Shown piece by piece: positions 1 to 12,700 of a DNA stretch of 64,000 bases. How positions within the stretch are numbered: the first letter of the stretch is position 1; every line of letters begins with the position of its first letter. The notes beneath the pieces are model-generated. The model did not search any database. It saw nothing but the letters and a program-made list of their open reading frames with translations, and was not told the DNA's origin. Made by a program: the position numbers and the translations under genes. Source of the DNA: Bispira polyomma. Taxonomy: Eukaryota. The stretch covers positions 53,630,001 through 53,694,000 of the forward strand of contig OZ287752.1 in NCBI GenBank assembly GCA_965649765.1. The letters are read 5' to 3'.

Positions 1-1110
1 ACACAGTTTTGTGGCATGTCCTTTTTTTGTAGCAACTCAAGGAACTGAAGAAGGTGAGGTCAAAATTACATATGATTGGAAAGAAGCAAAGGTCAGATGC
101 ATCAACATATATGCTATTGAGACAAAAATATGTTCAAAATCAGGGTAAGACAAGTATCCATACATATCAATACCAACAACATAGCAAGACAAAGGTTTTA
201 AAATAACACATTTTTCTTTGTTTTACTCAATAGAGGTCACTCTGTTCTAACAGGAAATCTATCTAAAAGCACAGGAAGTAAAGTAATTACTACATGTCAT
301 ATGACGAGCGAAGACACACTAGAAAACATCAACACACTCCACATTATTTCTAGAATATCGTTGTAGAAACTGAATTGGTGAGCTTTTTTTAAATATTCCA
401 TAAACAAATGGAAACATTTAGCCAATAGATGTTTTGTCGTTGGATTTTGACTCACAAAAACCTGGAAAAGTTCACTGAATTAGTGCATTATAGAAAGTAG
501 TTAATGACCGCCTTATGATGACATAATGCACTCTTACATGTGTCCCTAAAAATCAGATAATATGCAAATATGTACTTAATTCATCTCGATTTACGTGTCA
601 ATTGAAACGTTACAAAAGTTGGTGTGTCAATGCAGGACTTTTACTGTTCTACTGTCATTTGTAGAGAAAGCACAGTTAAAGTCATCTCTAGTTAGAGTGC
701 CTCCTATGTGTGAGTTTGGAAGATGAAGACGAGTAAAACATCCCAATTGGGAAATATTACTATTTTATTCTAGGTGAAAATAAGTAAAAAGTAAAATTAA
801 AATTAAGAATGCTTCTTTGAAGATTTGTTTTATTAAATGGTGGTAATAACGCTAGTACTACTTCAACAGCAATGCATACCACTTGGGTGTTATATCATAA
901 TATCACCCTAATATGTTTGTCTGTTGAAGTATATTCGTGAGGCAGGCATTTAAATGTGGTTATACAAATTGAAATTCTGACTGTTGTAATGTTTCAGTAA
1001 TTTATGATTTCTGATAGTGTCCCCGTAATGAGCTATTTTGACGTTACAAACCACAAACACAGAAAGTATTTATTTCTCACCAACTGTCTCTGTGTTAAAA
1101 TGCATAAATT

Positions 1111-1172
1111 ACCCCCCCCCCCCCCACCCACCCACCCACCCCCACACCCCCTACCCCCTACCCCCGCCTCCT
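1111..1172. repeat. C-rich low-complexity tract
   Basis: Poly-C / CCCA runs; explains the spurious Pro- and Gly-rich ORFs at 1004-1235. Confidence 0.85.
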
Positions 1173-3369
1173 CTTCCAATAAATCAGATTGGAAATCACA
1201 AAAATAATAACGGTTCTTTTTTACCGCTATCATAATGTACCCCTATAGTTTTTACCTTTCTCCTATACAAAACTGATAAGAGTACGTTTTTAAGCTGTGT
1301 GGTATATTTATTATTTAATTTTGTAAAAAAAAAAACATACAAGTTCATATTGGGTTTTTTAAAATTACAAAACAAGGAAGTTTTAATCTAAAAATGAGCA
1401 TCAGAATCTATATACAATGCTACAGAAATATAGGAAACATTTGTACTCATAATGTCATCTCTATTAGTTTTCTTTATTTTGGTCATAGCCATGAATAGGG
1501 TGATGAGTAATATATATTGAACTGATGAATAAATACCCCAATGCTATAAAACATTTACTACAGGTGTGTTTATGACGCAGAGGTCCACACAAATTGATGA
1601 TCACAAGCACTTGTGTTATCAGCTTGCAATGGGAGCAAATTCCTCTGTCACTGTACATTCTCCAATAAAAATATCTCCAGTTCGACTTAGACTCAAACTC
1701 CTCATCTAAGGTTACCTATGTTTATCTCAATATCGAGTGAAGATGCCTTACCTCTGTCTGTATATTTGAATTCAGCATTAAAAGGTCTATTATATGAATG
1801 GTTACAAGTTTAGGTTATGTCTATATACTGAAGTTACACATGTAGCCAGAACTTGTAAGTGTGAGTTTGAAGTTCTGAGCTATTTCAGCAGACGAACGGG
1901 CCGTGGTTTGCAGTAGCTACTTAATCATATGTTATTACTGTTATCAATTATGAGACACCTAAGTGGTTTGACAGTTTACTATATTGCTGTATTTCAATAT
2001 TATATGAATCTTGTTGAGAATAACAAGCCATATTAAGAAGCAATATTAAGAAGCCATATTTCACCCATTGAAAAATATATCTTTGAAATACCCCCAAAAT
2101 ATCAAGCATTTTTTTATCTAAACAACGTTTATTAAGAATTATCATTTGTATATATATTTCACATTTTAACAGAATAGGCAAACTTTTAACGGTGGTGTAA
2201 AAATGGCGACTGACCAAAAAAGTACCAGTTACCTTTGACAACTGTAAAAACAAGGAAGTTTAAATAAGCGGCAAAAAAGGCTTATCAACTGTGCATAAAT
2301 ATTAATGTTATCTCTCAAGATTGTGGACAAGGTGCAATAAAGAAAAGCCACTGAGTGAATAATATATGACAAAAAAACTTTAAGTGTAGACTTTAAGGGG
2401 AGGATATTGGTACATGTATTTGCTTAACTGTTCTTATGTATTTATCAAAGGGTAGAGCTTAGAAAAGTCCCCTTCTGTTTGAGATATGGTTGATGGGCCC
2501 TTGAGATTTCTGATAAAGATACTTCAAGTTATTTTAAGTATGAATATATGGATAATAACGTTCACTCAAAGATTTTGCTGTTATGCTGACCTGTTTTTTT
2601 TTGTTTGTTGTGTATAATAAAATGTTCATTGTTTGAAGGATTTCCGCCCAATTTTTAAAATAACTTCAATATATAAGCCTAGATAAAAATAATCTAAATT
2701 GCTTAGGAATTTAAGAAACGTCTAAGATATTTAGTATGTTGCAAGATTAAATCAGCACTTTTTATCTCAATATTATTTGTTATTTCAGAATGGCTTATTG
2801 CCTTGGAGGTTCCTTTAATACTATTTTCTAAATTAATACGATGACGATACAAATAGATATATATACAATAAAATAATTATATCACTCACTTAATTTAAGT
2901 CATTGTCGACAATTTTTTTTGTTTAAATTGATGTGCTAAATAAATTTTACAAGCAAAATATGTATTACAAAGAATTATTGGTGTGAAAACTTTAGATAAT
3001 AGGATATTTTCCTGGTAAAGACTATCTTTGTTGATTCTTTGGCAAGTAGTATCGTCTTAAATTAGAATTACAGAGTCATTTTAAAAACCTCTTCGTGGAA
3101 ACTAAATCTATCAGGATGAAATGTCATTACATACTTTACTTTCTTCACTCTTTTTTACATTATTAGCACACCTTTATCATTAATAATGAATCTTAATGTT
3201 TCGTTGTATAAATCTACAACGTGTGGTATTTTGGTGTGTTAAATCTCTTTCCTCATTTTATTTCTAACTTGTGTAAATTTATCTATATCGAGTGTGTCTG
3301 AAGCATTAGATGATATAATATATTCGCCTGTCTCTATAAACTGACAAAACATTGACATTAAGAGTCACG

Positions 3370-5030
3370 TAGAGATATCACATACCTGTCTTTATTAATT
3401 ATTTATCATGTTATTACCACTTGATTGTATCACAGCTCAACAGTAAAGATAACAGTGATGCTAAAGACGGTGTACTCGATGGGAAATAAAATCTTGGGGT
3501 ATCACATGTGCATAGCATTTTACATATAATTAGTAATTGAGTCTACTTCCTCATTTATCTTCATTAAATCACTGCATCTTTAATAGCCATTGAGACAAAA
3601 AGTAAATTCACATTACTGTAAAAGTGGAAGTTTGTAATTGTTATTAATTTTAGCTAATGAGTTGTGATAGTGTGTATTAATTCACAGTGAATATTTTAAC
3701 TTAGTTTTTAAATTTAACATTGATATTTTAAACAGTCACTTGAAATATATAGTGATGGTGACCTTTGGTAAAGGTCATATGAATTCATTATCAATATGAT
3801 CTTATTAATTTATAATACACTGGGGCAGGAGCCTGAGCCGCACGGCACCAATTCGCTTGCAGAGAGTTCTGTCACCCAGAGCCTCTATTCAACTCTGTAA
3901 CTCTATAATGGAACTCAGAGGGAAATGTAGGCAAGAGAAATTTCCACATGGGCTCTAGGCTCCGGCTTGCCCAGTGCTGATGATCTGGCCTAAATGATTC
4001 ATTTGGTCACCATGATGTGTTTTTATAAATGATGGAAGTCTGACTAGGTTTGGGATAAGTTTTATTACTTATTTGTCTCTATATACATCTGTACAAGTGA
4101 AATTTTTGACTAAAATTTCTAAAATGCCAAAGCCAAAGAGTGACTTATATACACCAAAAAGGGTACTAGTTAATTCCACCAAGCTTCTCCAAAAATTGTA
4201 AATTATTTTTATTTGGTAAATTATCTTACTAGCTAAAATGGTCACTCATACAGTATTCAGTGGTACAATTTAACAAATAGGATTTTGTGTGTTTGTGCTA
4301 AGTCAAAGTCCATATTTCAGCAGTTGATGCATCTGTATATTAAGTGTTCTTAAGACAAAACTGGATGGTTAAAAAAAATATCTGTCATTATGAATAAGCA
4401 AAACATTTTCTGAATTGTGTGGAAAGACAAGTGGAGATATCACCGTACATGTCTTGTTAATTACGAATATCCTTATCAGCACTTGATTGTATGAAAGTTC
4501 AACATCAAAGATAAGTATGTAGTGATCACGTCAGTGTATTTGTTGTTAAAACTTTTGCACCTCTTCTATGCATTATATTTGGCCTTTTATTACCCACTTA
4601 GTAATTTAGTTTACTTCCTTGTTTTTATTAAAGCACTCCATCTTTAATGGCCATTTAAAAAAGAAAATCAGAATTATTCATTGCCTATTCATCTGCAACT
4701 TGGGACGTTTAATTTTAGCTAAATCAAGGTCAGCATTTTAGTTAATGGTGAAAATATATATCAATAATATCACAGATACTACATGCTTTAGACTGAGTGT
4801 CTATTTAATAAATTTACAATATTTTATTTGACTTGATTCGACAACCAAGCTTAGTATATCACATATAGATTTCTATTAATTATTGATACCCTTATCAGTA
4901 CCTGATCATTTCAAAGGTTGGCTACTTTGACAATAGTGTGGTTGGTAACAATGTGCATACCGGCGACATAAAATTTATGTACCATCTCACGTTGTTAATT
5001 TTTAGCTAAGATAAGCCATCTTCAAACTGA
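3370..5030. repeat. Three diverged direct copies of an old repeat unit (starts near 3372, 4435, 4855)
   Basis: Shared motifs 'atatcac...attaatta...ttatcagcacttgattgtat...caaagataa' and 'ttaattttagctaa' recur at the three positions. Confidence 0.55.
3818..3976. mobile_element. Small MITE-like element with imperfect TIRs
   Basis: Left CACTGGGGCAGGAGCCTGAGCC vs reverse complement of right end CACTGGGCAAGCCGGAGCCTAGAGCC; GC-rich island in AT-rich DNA; no clear TSD. Confidence 0.45.
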
Positions 5031-5317
5031 TGTCTAGTCATTAAATCCTACATAAGAATGAGTCTTAAGAAAGTTGGCCAGTATTTTATATCTAACAGAG
5101 TCAACACGTTTTAATGACTGAGAGAATAAAAATCCAAGAGCCAACATATATTAGATATTTTAAAAAAATTATATAGGGATATAGCAGAATAATTACCAGT
5201 TGTTTCTTAATAGTAAAATCGAATAGGAAAGTTATAGTTAGCAGCCATTTTGTCAAGTATTAACCATACACCATGCCACATATTCATTAAAATTTACACA
5301 TTTATAACCCACATAGC

Positions 5318-5392
5318 ACCATAAAAACTTATAATGCCACCATAAAATACTTATAATTATAATGCCACCATAAAATACTTATAATGCCATAA
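5318..5392. repeat. Short tandem repeat (~22 bp, CATAAAATACTTATAATGCCAC)
   Basis: 3-4 imperfect adjacent copies. Confidence 0.7.
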
Positions 5393-5737
5393 AAAAATAT
5401 TTTAAAAAATAGCGCAGGATCCATATATAAATGTGGAACATGTATTGTAACACTTATATTCACTGATGAATACTAAGTAAGATGGTGGTGTGAGTAAGGA
5501 ATAAAACACCCAGTTTGCGGTTTTATTCTGTACATATTAGTACATATATACAGGTTAACAGATTATTATTAAAATATTATAAAAGTTTAACATTTGAAGA
5601 TAAGCCCCTAAAGGGATACATAAAGCCCACAGAATGCGGACATAAAGCAAAAACAAGTTCACGTGATGACTTATACACCATTAACATGTTGAAATTAAAA
5701 TAATAAAATGTAGTGTGTAAGAAAGAGTAAGAGGACT

Positions 5738-6990
5738 ATGCATAGCAAGTCCACCCCAGGGGACTGCTAGTTCAGTCCAACCTCCTTTTTCTATCACACT
5801 ACCTTAATCCCTAGCGAATGCAATAGCATTATCCAACTTTCTGTCCATCTGGGCCTTGTCCAATCACAGCATTAGCTATTAGTGACCCCTAAGCTAGGAT
5901 AGCTATCCTCCATATTGAATTTGTGTTTTCACCTGTGAACAGGACATTTAGAAAAATTGAAACCCACCACCTCCCCTTACCACAGCGTTATTAAGGATTT
6001 ATAGAAATTTTAAGGTTCTCTGATGCATAAGGTTATCCAGGCAGGTTTGACGGCAACGTGGCGGCCGGGCTCCGAGCCGTGTGGGTCTGGGGTCCTTCCT
6101 TCTTACTCCCTCCTCTGAGTTAACCACTGGGATTCCAGAGTGGAATAAGGGGCTCTGAGAGGTTGGACTTCACCCTCCTAGGCGGTTGGTGTCCAGGGCC
6201 CGGGGTCCTGCTGTTACTACGTTGCATGTTCTCTCTTGCATGGACTTATTTTCAATTTATAAGCATAGTTGAACATTGACTCATATGGGGTTATAACATA
6301 CGCGACATTAGAGTGGTCAGCTTCATATGACTCAAGTTAACGATCCAAGGGACACTTACTGAGCTAGTTAATACCACTTGTTGAATAAGTAACACAACGT
6401 ACCAATTTAGACACAATGACGATAACTTGGGTACACGTGTGGTCCCCACAAGGGCACCTTTTTGTACACGATCACCTAGCGTCAATTAGTATCCATGTAT
6501 CACAAATACATGTCAGAATTTACAGTAAACAGGGAAGTTTATCCCCTGAAATTGTTCTTAGTATCTTAGTCACCAAAAGTAACTTTGTTGTATATTACAG
6601 TACATTATTCACACAATGAACTAGTTGAAGGTGATGTTAATGATAGTCATGTTTATAGTAATCAATGTATTTAAATGTGTTTTCCTCTTTTGAGGTTATT
6701 TTATTGGTTCTAATCCAAAGTCTGGTGTGACTGAGGGGTTTACACTATTCTTTATATTTGTGATTGTCTCTTAGCTTATTATTAGCTTTGTTATGGGTTT
6801 TTATTTTTGACCCGGCTGTATTTTATGGTAGCCGTGATGGGCTTAAAATTCCATCCTGAAATTTTAACTGACTTTGATTGTCAACCTGTACATAAGCTAA
6901 CATGTAAATAAAAACCTCAAATGCAATCTTTTACTGTCTTATAATAAACTTACTTATTAACTTATAACTTTTCACACCACCATTGGACTG
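5738..6990 (+). mobile_element. Non-coding solo derivative of an Ngaro/DIRS-like YR retrotransposon (copy 1)
   Basis: Starts with the GGGGACTG-N6-CAGTCC motif also at 37604. Contains CCCACCACCTCCCCT (as at 43186). Ends in a GGGCTTAAAATT...AATAAAA...TTATAACTT...TGGACTG segment resembling the B repeat of the 37.6-kb element. Near-identical inverted copy at 62838-64000. Confidence 0.65.
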
Positions 6991-8404
6991 GCCTGAAAAT
7001 TGCACACACAGCAAATTAGATGATCTTAAAGGTCATGACAAAGGATAAGCATTTACACCCCAATAAATTGACCTGCCACAGGACTCGTCACAAAGGAGGC
7101 AACAATTTGGGTCCAAAAAAAGACTTTTTCTCACAAATTCATTACTAGTAATACTATATAGTATCAGTAAAGCTCAAAATCATGAGAAGTAGCATTGAAG
7201 AATCCACAAGCTCCTGTAGTGTGGAAATTGAGCACACAGGACCTAAGGCACATAATCCAGAAGGGGTGGGGGTCCGGCCTCTAAGAGGCTCCTGTTCAAC
7301 CCATAGACCCTAGACGGTGGACAGATGAGCAGAAGATGAGCAGGGCAGGACCCCCGAGCTCCACATGGCCCGAATCCCATAACAGAGAAGAGAAGTGTAA
7401 ATTCGAAAACTATAATATAATTGTACATAGGGGTATGGTGAACATAATGGGCAATGTGATGAGTAATGATGTCACCAAGAAGTAACCTTTATGCTTGGTG
7501 GAAGGGTATGGTGGTGGAATGTACAAAACTTGAATGTTTACCCTTCGGCTTCTGGGTCTAAACTAGTGACTGTGTGAGGGGACGCAGAAGCTTCTTACTA
7601 ATGGTCCTAATGAATGGTCCATAGCTATGGACAGAAGAGAGAAACAAGAATGGTTTTACCAAAAAGGAATACGATAGGTAGTAACTGAGACAGCAGCCCC
7701 CCTCCAGTGGTCGTGCTAGTAAAATATAATTTAGTACACAAGGAGTTTTTTTTAAAAAAAAAATATGGGTTATATAACGGTTGATGTAAGCGTAGGTTGG
7801 AGTGATGATACTACAAAGTATATCATGTACTTAGACTTGAAGGATAGCTAATATTTCTTAACTCGAATACAAGTTTTATCCTTCTACTAACTGGACATTC
7901 AGTACACAGTGTAGAGAATGATATAAACCTAAGCAAGCAGCTGATTCCTCTGACCAATAGTCAACTGATTCCTTTCACAAATAGTCTAAGATTAGTTTGA
8001 TTTTTAAATGTATAAATTATAAAATTGAATACATTTTAGTATACCTCATCTTAAATACAACATGGTGATTCAATCTTGTTATCCATATTTACAAAATATG
8101 AAGTGCACATTTAACTAGCTAGAAATTGCGCCAACTCGACGCAGGAGTATCCCCATACCTGAAAGCAGTAACTCCAAACATATCCACAGCATAGAGCATA
8201 CAGCATTCTGCCGCACATCAAAAATGAGCTGAATATTTTTTTTCCAGAGGAATCCACATGCCGATGATTTGTGAGTTATAAGCTAATTACTGACTTAAGA
8301 ATACATTGATATACCAGTACTGTTGAAAAACCTCTGCCATATTGTAGCACAGGAAAATGTGGACGAACAAGTCTATTTATTAAATACCCAACTGCAAAAA
8401 TGTA

Positions 8405-8600
8405 TGCAGTGGCTTAGTGGTTCGAATCGTTAGGTTCATAATTATTGGCCTCTCACCAATGTGGGTTTGAATCATGTGCCTTCCTTCATGTGGGAAAGTG
8501 TGTGAGGTATTTGCCATAGGTCAGGCTTTACAGTGCCTCGACACTGGTTTCTTCCACAATTAAATCTTCCAGTCTGACCTAATTCCAATAGTCTGTGAGT
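8405..8600 (+). mobile_element. tRNA-derived SINE (degenerate)
   Basis: A-box-like TGGCTTAGTGG and B-box-like GGTTTGAATC, followed by an ATGTGGGAAAGT...CTGGTTTCTTCCAC core. No full cloverleaf. Confidence 0.6.
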
Positions 8601-9548
8601 TACAATATAATTAGTCATTTAAGCATGAATTAAGTGTTAAGTACTTACTAAGCTATCCCCCTGAATCCGTGAATGTAATTAATTTAAATTAGATCAGACG
8701 GCTATCATATAACTTTCTCCTACTTATTGCTGTTTTGTGCTATACCGAGTAGATCTCTATGCCTGGGAAAGATTTATTTTTTGGTTCTACACTTCACAAC
8801 AAATCGTCATGCTTTTATTTACTATCAGTGTGAAACTGAAGTTGTTTTATATTTTTTTTCTATCATAAAATCAGGTATTATACTAATCATTTCATGGCAG
8901 TGAACATCTTGATCTGCTAGGGTGGATGTAATGTAGGCTGTGAACTTTTTAACTAAAACGTTATGTTTTTATATTTTAAAATAAACCACTCTATTTTTGA
9001 TTGATTTTTATTATTGTAGCAAAGGCTAGTGTAGCATACACAAACAATTTTATTATCACAATATAAGACATCACAGAAAAAAAACATTGTATTACAAAAA
9101 ACCTGAATAATATTGAGCAATGTATTATAAAAAAATATGTAGGACAGTGAAGTCCCACTTCTGATCATTGATTATGTTTGCATTATTAGCATTATCCTGG
9201 ATTTCTACAATCATTATGCATATACATCTCTTCAATAGAAAGAATATAATTTAATATATATACTACATGCATTGTTTGTTACATGTACAAATATGGTTAT
9301 TAAAAACCATTTAGCAATTAAACAGTAATTTAAGGCAGTTAAAGCTAAAAAGATTAATTAAATCAAATATATATAAAATATATCAAACATGTTTGTTAAA
9401 GAAAGTCTGTTTGTTGGTACTAGGTCATTTTTTGCTAAGGTTAGAAACCTTAATATGACTAAAACACATAGGCACTTGATACATATTGTCATGCTTTGAT
9501 CGTGGATTCAGAGATTATATATTACAAATATCCCCTGTTGAATGTTCT

Positions 9549-9776
9549 TCACACGTCCTCATCCCTGGGTGGTGGCAATGTCCCCATCACATCTTCTTCC
9601 TCCTGTCTGTAGGGTGGGGGTTCAGCCTGTTCTCCTACAGGTTCTGGAGTACGAGTCCAGTCTATCTGAGTGTACACCGTCATCTGATCCTTACCGTGGA
9701 TGATGTTACCACTGGTCTGTGGACTGTACTTAGGGAAGTCTACCTTGATGTACACACAGCCATCCTCAGATACCTC
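9549..9776 (-). CDS. Gene A last exon (CVYIKV, ITSM TVYTQI, PPPY, C-terminal DEDV)
   Basis: ttatccag|GAG acceptor, phase 0, matching the previous exon; stop TGA at 9549-9551. Confidence 0.8.
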   Translation of the reverse strand, partial: EVSEDGCVYIKVDFPKYSPQTSGNIIHGKDQMTVYTQIDWTRTPEPVGEQAEPPPYRQEEEDVMGTLPPPRDEDV

Positions 9777-12700
9777 CTGGATAAGTTCAAAAGGAACCAC
9801 TATATGCAATGTACAATGACAATCGACATACAGTTCAAAAATATATACCTTTGTTGGACAAACTTATACAACTGATTTGTTAAATAATTACAACTGCTTA
9901 AATTAGAGGTATTTTTATCAAGAAAGTTTTAACATGTAATAAGACGAGTATATATTAGTTCCCCTAAAGTCATATGTATCAAGAATGATGTGGCAGATCT
10001 GGACGAAAATCAACTTTAAAATATTTAATAAAGGGGTCACACTATATTTTAGGAAGTAAACCGATCGATACTCATATGACATGTTTCAAGTGTGATATAA
10101 TTAGTAGAAGTTGTAGAAATTAGGCAAAAACTGAACAAATATGATGAATTGATATACAATTTCTCATCATTTATGCCTAAATTATTTTTACATCTAGTGG
10201 TAGATATATTAAACTAGTTATGCCTTACGTGAACTGTTTGTAAGGTTTACCTCTCTTATATTTGCAAATTTGTACTTATTTAGTATTATTTATTGTTAAC
10301 GCCTCAACATAAATTGCTTTGTAGACACTACAGCACTCACGAATCTAGACTAATAACATAACAGCCAAGGCTTCTATATCATCAAAGCATGTCACCATGT
10401 TTTAATCAAATAATTGATAGATCCTGGAGATGTATAAATATGAAAGTTTGACCAGTGTATCTGAATGTATTGATGCATAGGCTACCTGAAAGCTAAAATA
10501 GATTTTTCTGGATTGCCCTTCTTTTAGATATTCAAAGGATACTACTATGTAAATAAGTGATAATTGAAATATATAAATGTTTAGTCACAATTGTTTTTAA
10601 ATCAACGACTTCAGTAATAAACAAATAAGTTGTACTTTGTGTGTTAAATGATTACTAAAGTATGTTCTTCCTGATGTCTTTACAGTAACACTATACATAC
10701 CCGTATTGGTTTGGTGGCTAGTTTTGGCTTGGCTGCAATGGTAGGCTTAACTTTAACTGGTGACTGAACATCATCATATGGATTGTCACCTGCACAAAGT
10801 GATTGGTAAAAAGTTATAGTAACATCAAGAGTATTTAAGCATAATGATATAATTGCCCTCTATGGTCTGGTCACACCTACACGTGCTAATGTCCCCAAAC
10901 GTAGCAAAGCAATATAGATTGAAAACGTGGTAGTTTTGTGTCAAAGTGACGTCATTTTCATAAATGGGGAGTCAATTGTGACGTTTTGTGGTGTTTATTG
11001 ACGATGTTAACACTTATACACACCGACAGGGGAAATGGTACTGGGCCATAAGCAATGTCCCGGAATGAATGAACCAGGGATCCTCACTTGGGCATTACCT
11101 TCTACTAGCTTTCAAACCAGTTAAAAACGTCACACCATGTAGCTCCAGCACGTGTAGGTGTGACCAGGCTTCTACGTATCATGTGCGCACATGGTGCTGA
11201 ATAATACGACATACCTGTTTCTGGCGTTGGTGTTACTGGAGCCCCCTTCTTTTTTTTCGTCTTTTTGTCAACCTGGGCATAAGCATCACCTGTACAACGT
11301 TGAAAACAGATCAAATGAAACAGGTAAATAATGAAAGAGTTGTAAAAACGAGTATATATCGCCCTACCGTTCGCCACGTTATTACTAACCACAGCATAGA
11401 TTGTAGTCAATAAAAGAATATTAAAAGCAAATCCATTTTGCAATATTAATACATTAAAATAAAAAAAATTAACATTTTCAATACAATCAGTTTCGAATCA
11501 AGTTATATTTATATAGCTATCTATGTATATACAGGTGTATCTATTTTTTAACTGTACACACTTTGTTGTACAAATCTAAAAGTACAGTACCCGCCACTTT
11601 GTGTTTGTTCTTTTTCTTAGACTTATCAACCTCAGCATATGTGACAGCTGCAGTATCTGTAAAAAATAACATTGTAGTAAACCATGTATCATGATCTCAC
11701 CTAATTCATATTTAGAGGTTACTGGACTCATTAAGTTCCAAGATGTATATAACTTTTTATGATACCTGATGTTGCTTTGATGGTATATTCAGATGGTTTC
11801 TTATCAACATCTGCATGAAATGGTGGTTCCACATTGCCGATTTGATCCCGGACATTCCCGATTTGGAGGTCTGGTGCATCTCCGTATAGGTTTGGGAGTG
11901 AAAATGGGATGGTCGGAATGGTCGGCAAGGACATCAAACAAGTTTGATATTTTCTAACATTACTCCGACATACCTCTCTGGACCTCTAAATTGTATTGAT
12001 GGATACGTTTGATCGTATTGTTAATATGTTCTGTCGGATAGGTCTTACTGTACTCCAGGCTCGTACTATCCTACTCGGATTTTTCTTTTTTTTGATCAGA
12101 CAGAATGGGTCAGCACTAAGCTCGAAATTACTTGATCTGACGTATTGTGCCCTGACCGAACTTATTGTCACCCCAGCAGAACTTAGCGGAGTAGATACGT
12201 TTTTTTACCCCGATTGAACTGGCCACAGTAGAACGGAACATATTGAATATAGGATCTGCTGAGCAAGCTAAACGATTGAACGGGGGAGGATACGATCAAA
12301 CTTAAAACTAATAGGATCTGACGTATTCACTCCCGGCCAATAGGATTGAACTTTTGCTAATCGGGGTGTTTGGGTATAAAACCATCCCAGCAGTACTGGA
12401 CTCGTTGTATTGGGAGATTGCTGGCTGGTTTTTTCATCACACAACATTTATATATCATCACGATGCCTAGAGAAAGGAAGATGAAGAGGAAGATGGATAT
12501 GGAGAAGGAGAGATAGTTTGAAGTGGGAGTCTCGTCCGACGAAGTGGAGGTCCAGAGGAAGAAGAAAGACTAGAGGGCAAGTCCTGCCCTTAGTGAGAAG
12601 AGCAACACCAGAGAGGGATTGTTGGAATCATCCCAGGGATTGATGGAATCGTGCCAGGGATTGATGAAATCGTCCCAGGGATTGATGGAATCGTGCCAGG

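Noticed and set aside
1004-1235. Pro-rich and Gly-rich ORFs
   Set aside because: Produced by a poly-C tract; no domain evidence.
6291-6619. ORFs duplicated at 63210-63538
   Set aside because: Identity reflects the recent repeat copy; no recognisable protein motifs.
7243-7720. Possible LINE endonuclease relic (LYIPPP, LLGDI..HH on minus)
   Set aside because: Only two short motifs in different frames; too weak to call.
8405-8480. tRNA gene
   Set aside because: A/B boxes present but no acceptor stem or cloverleaf; continues into a SINE-like body.
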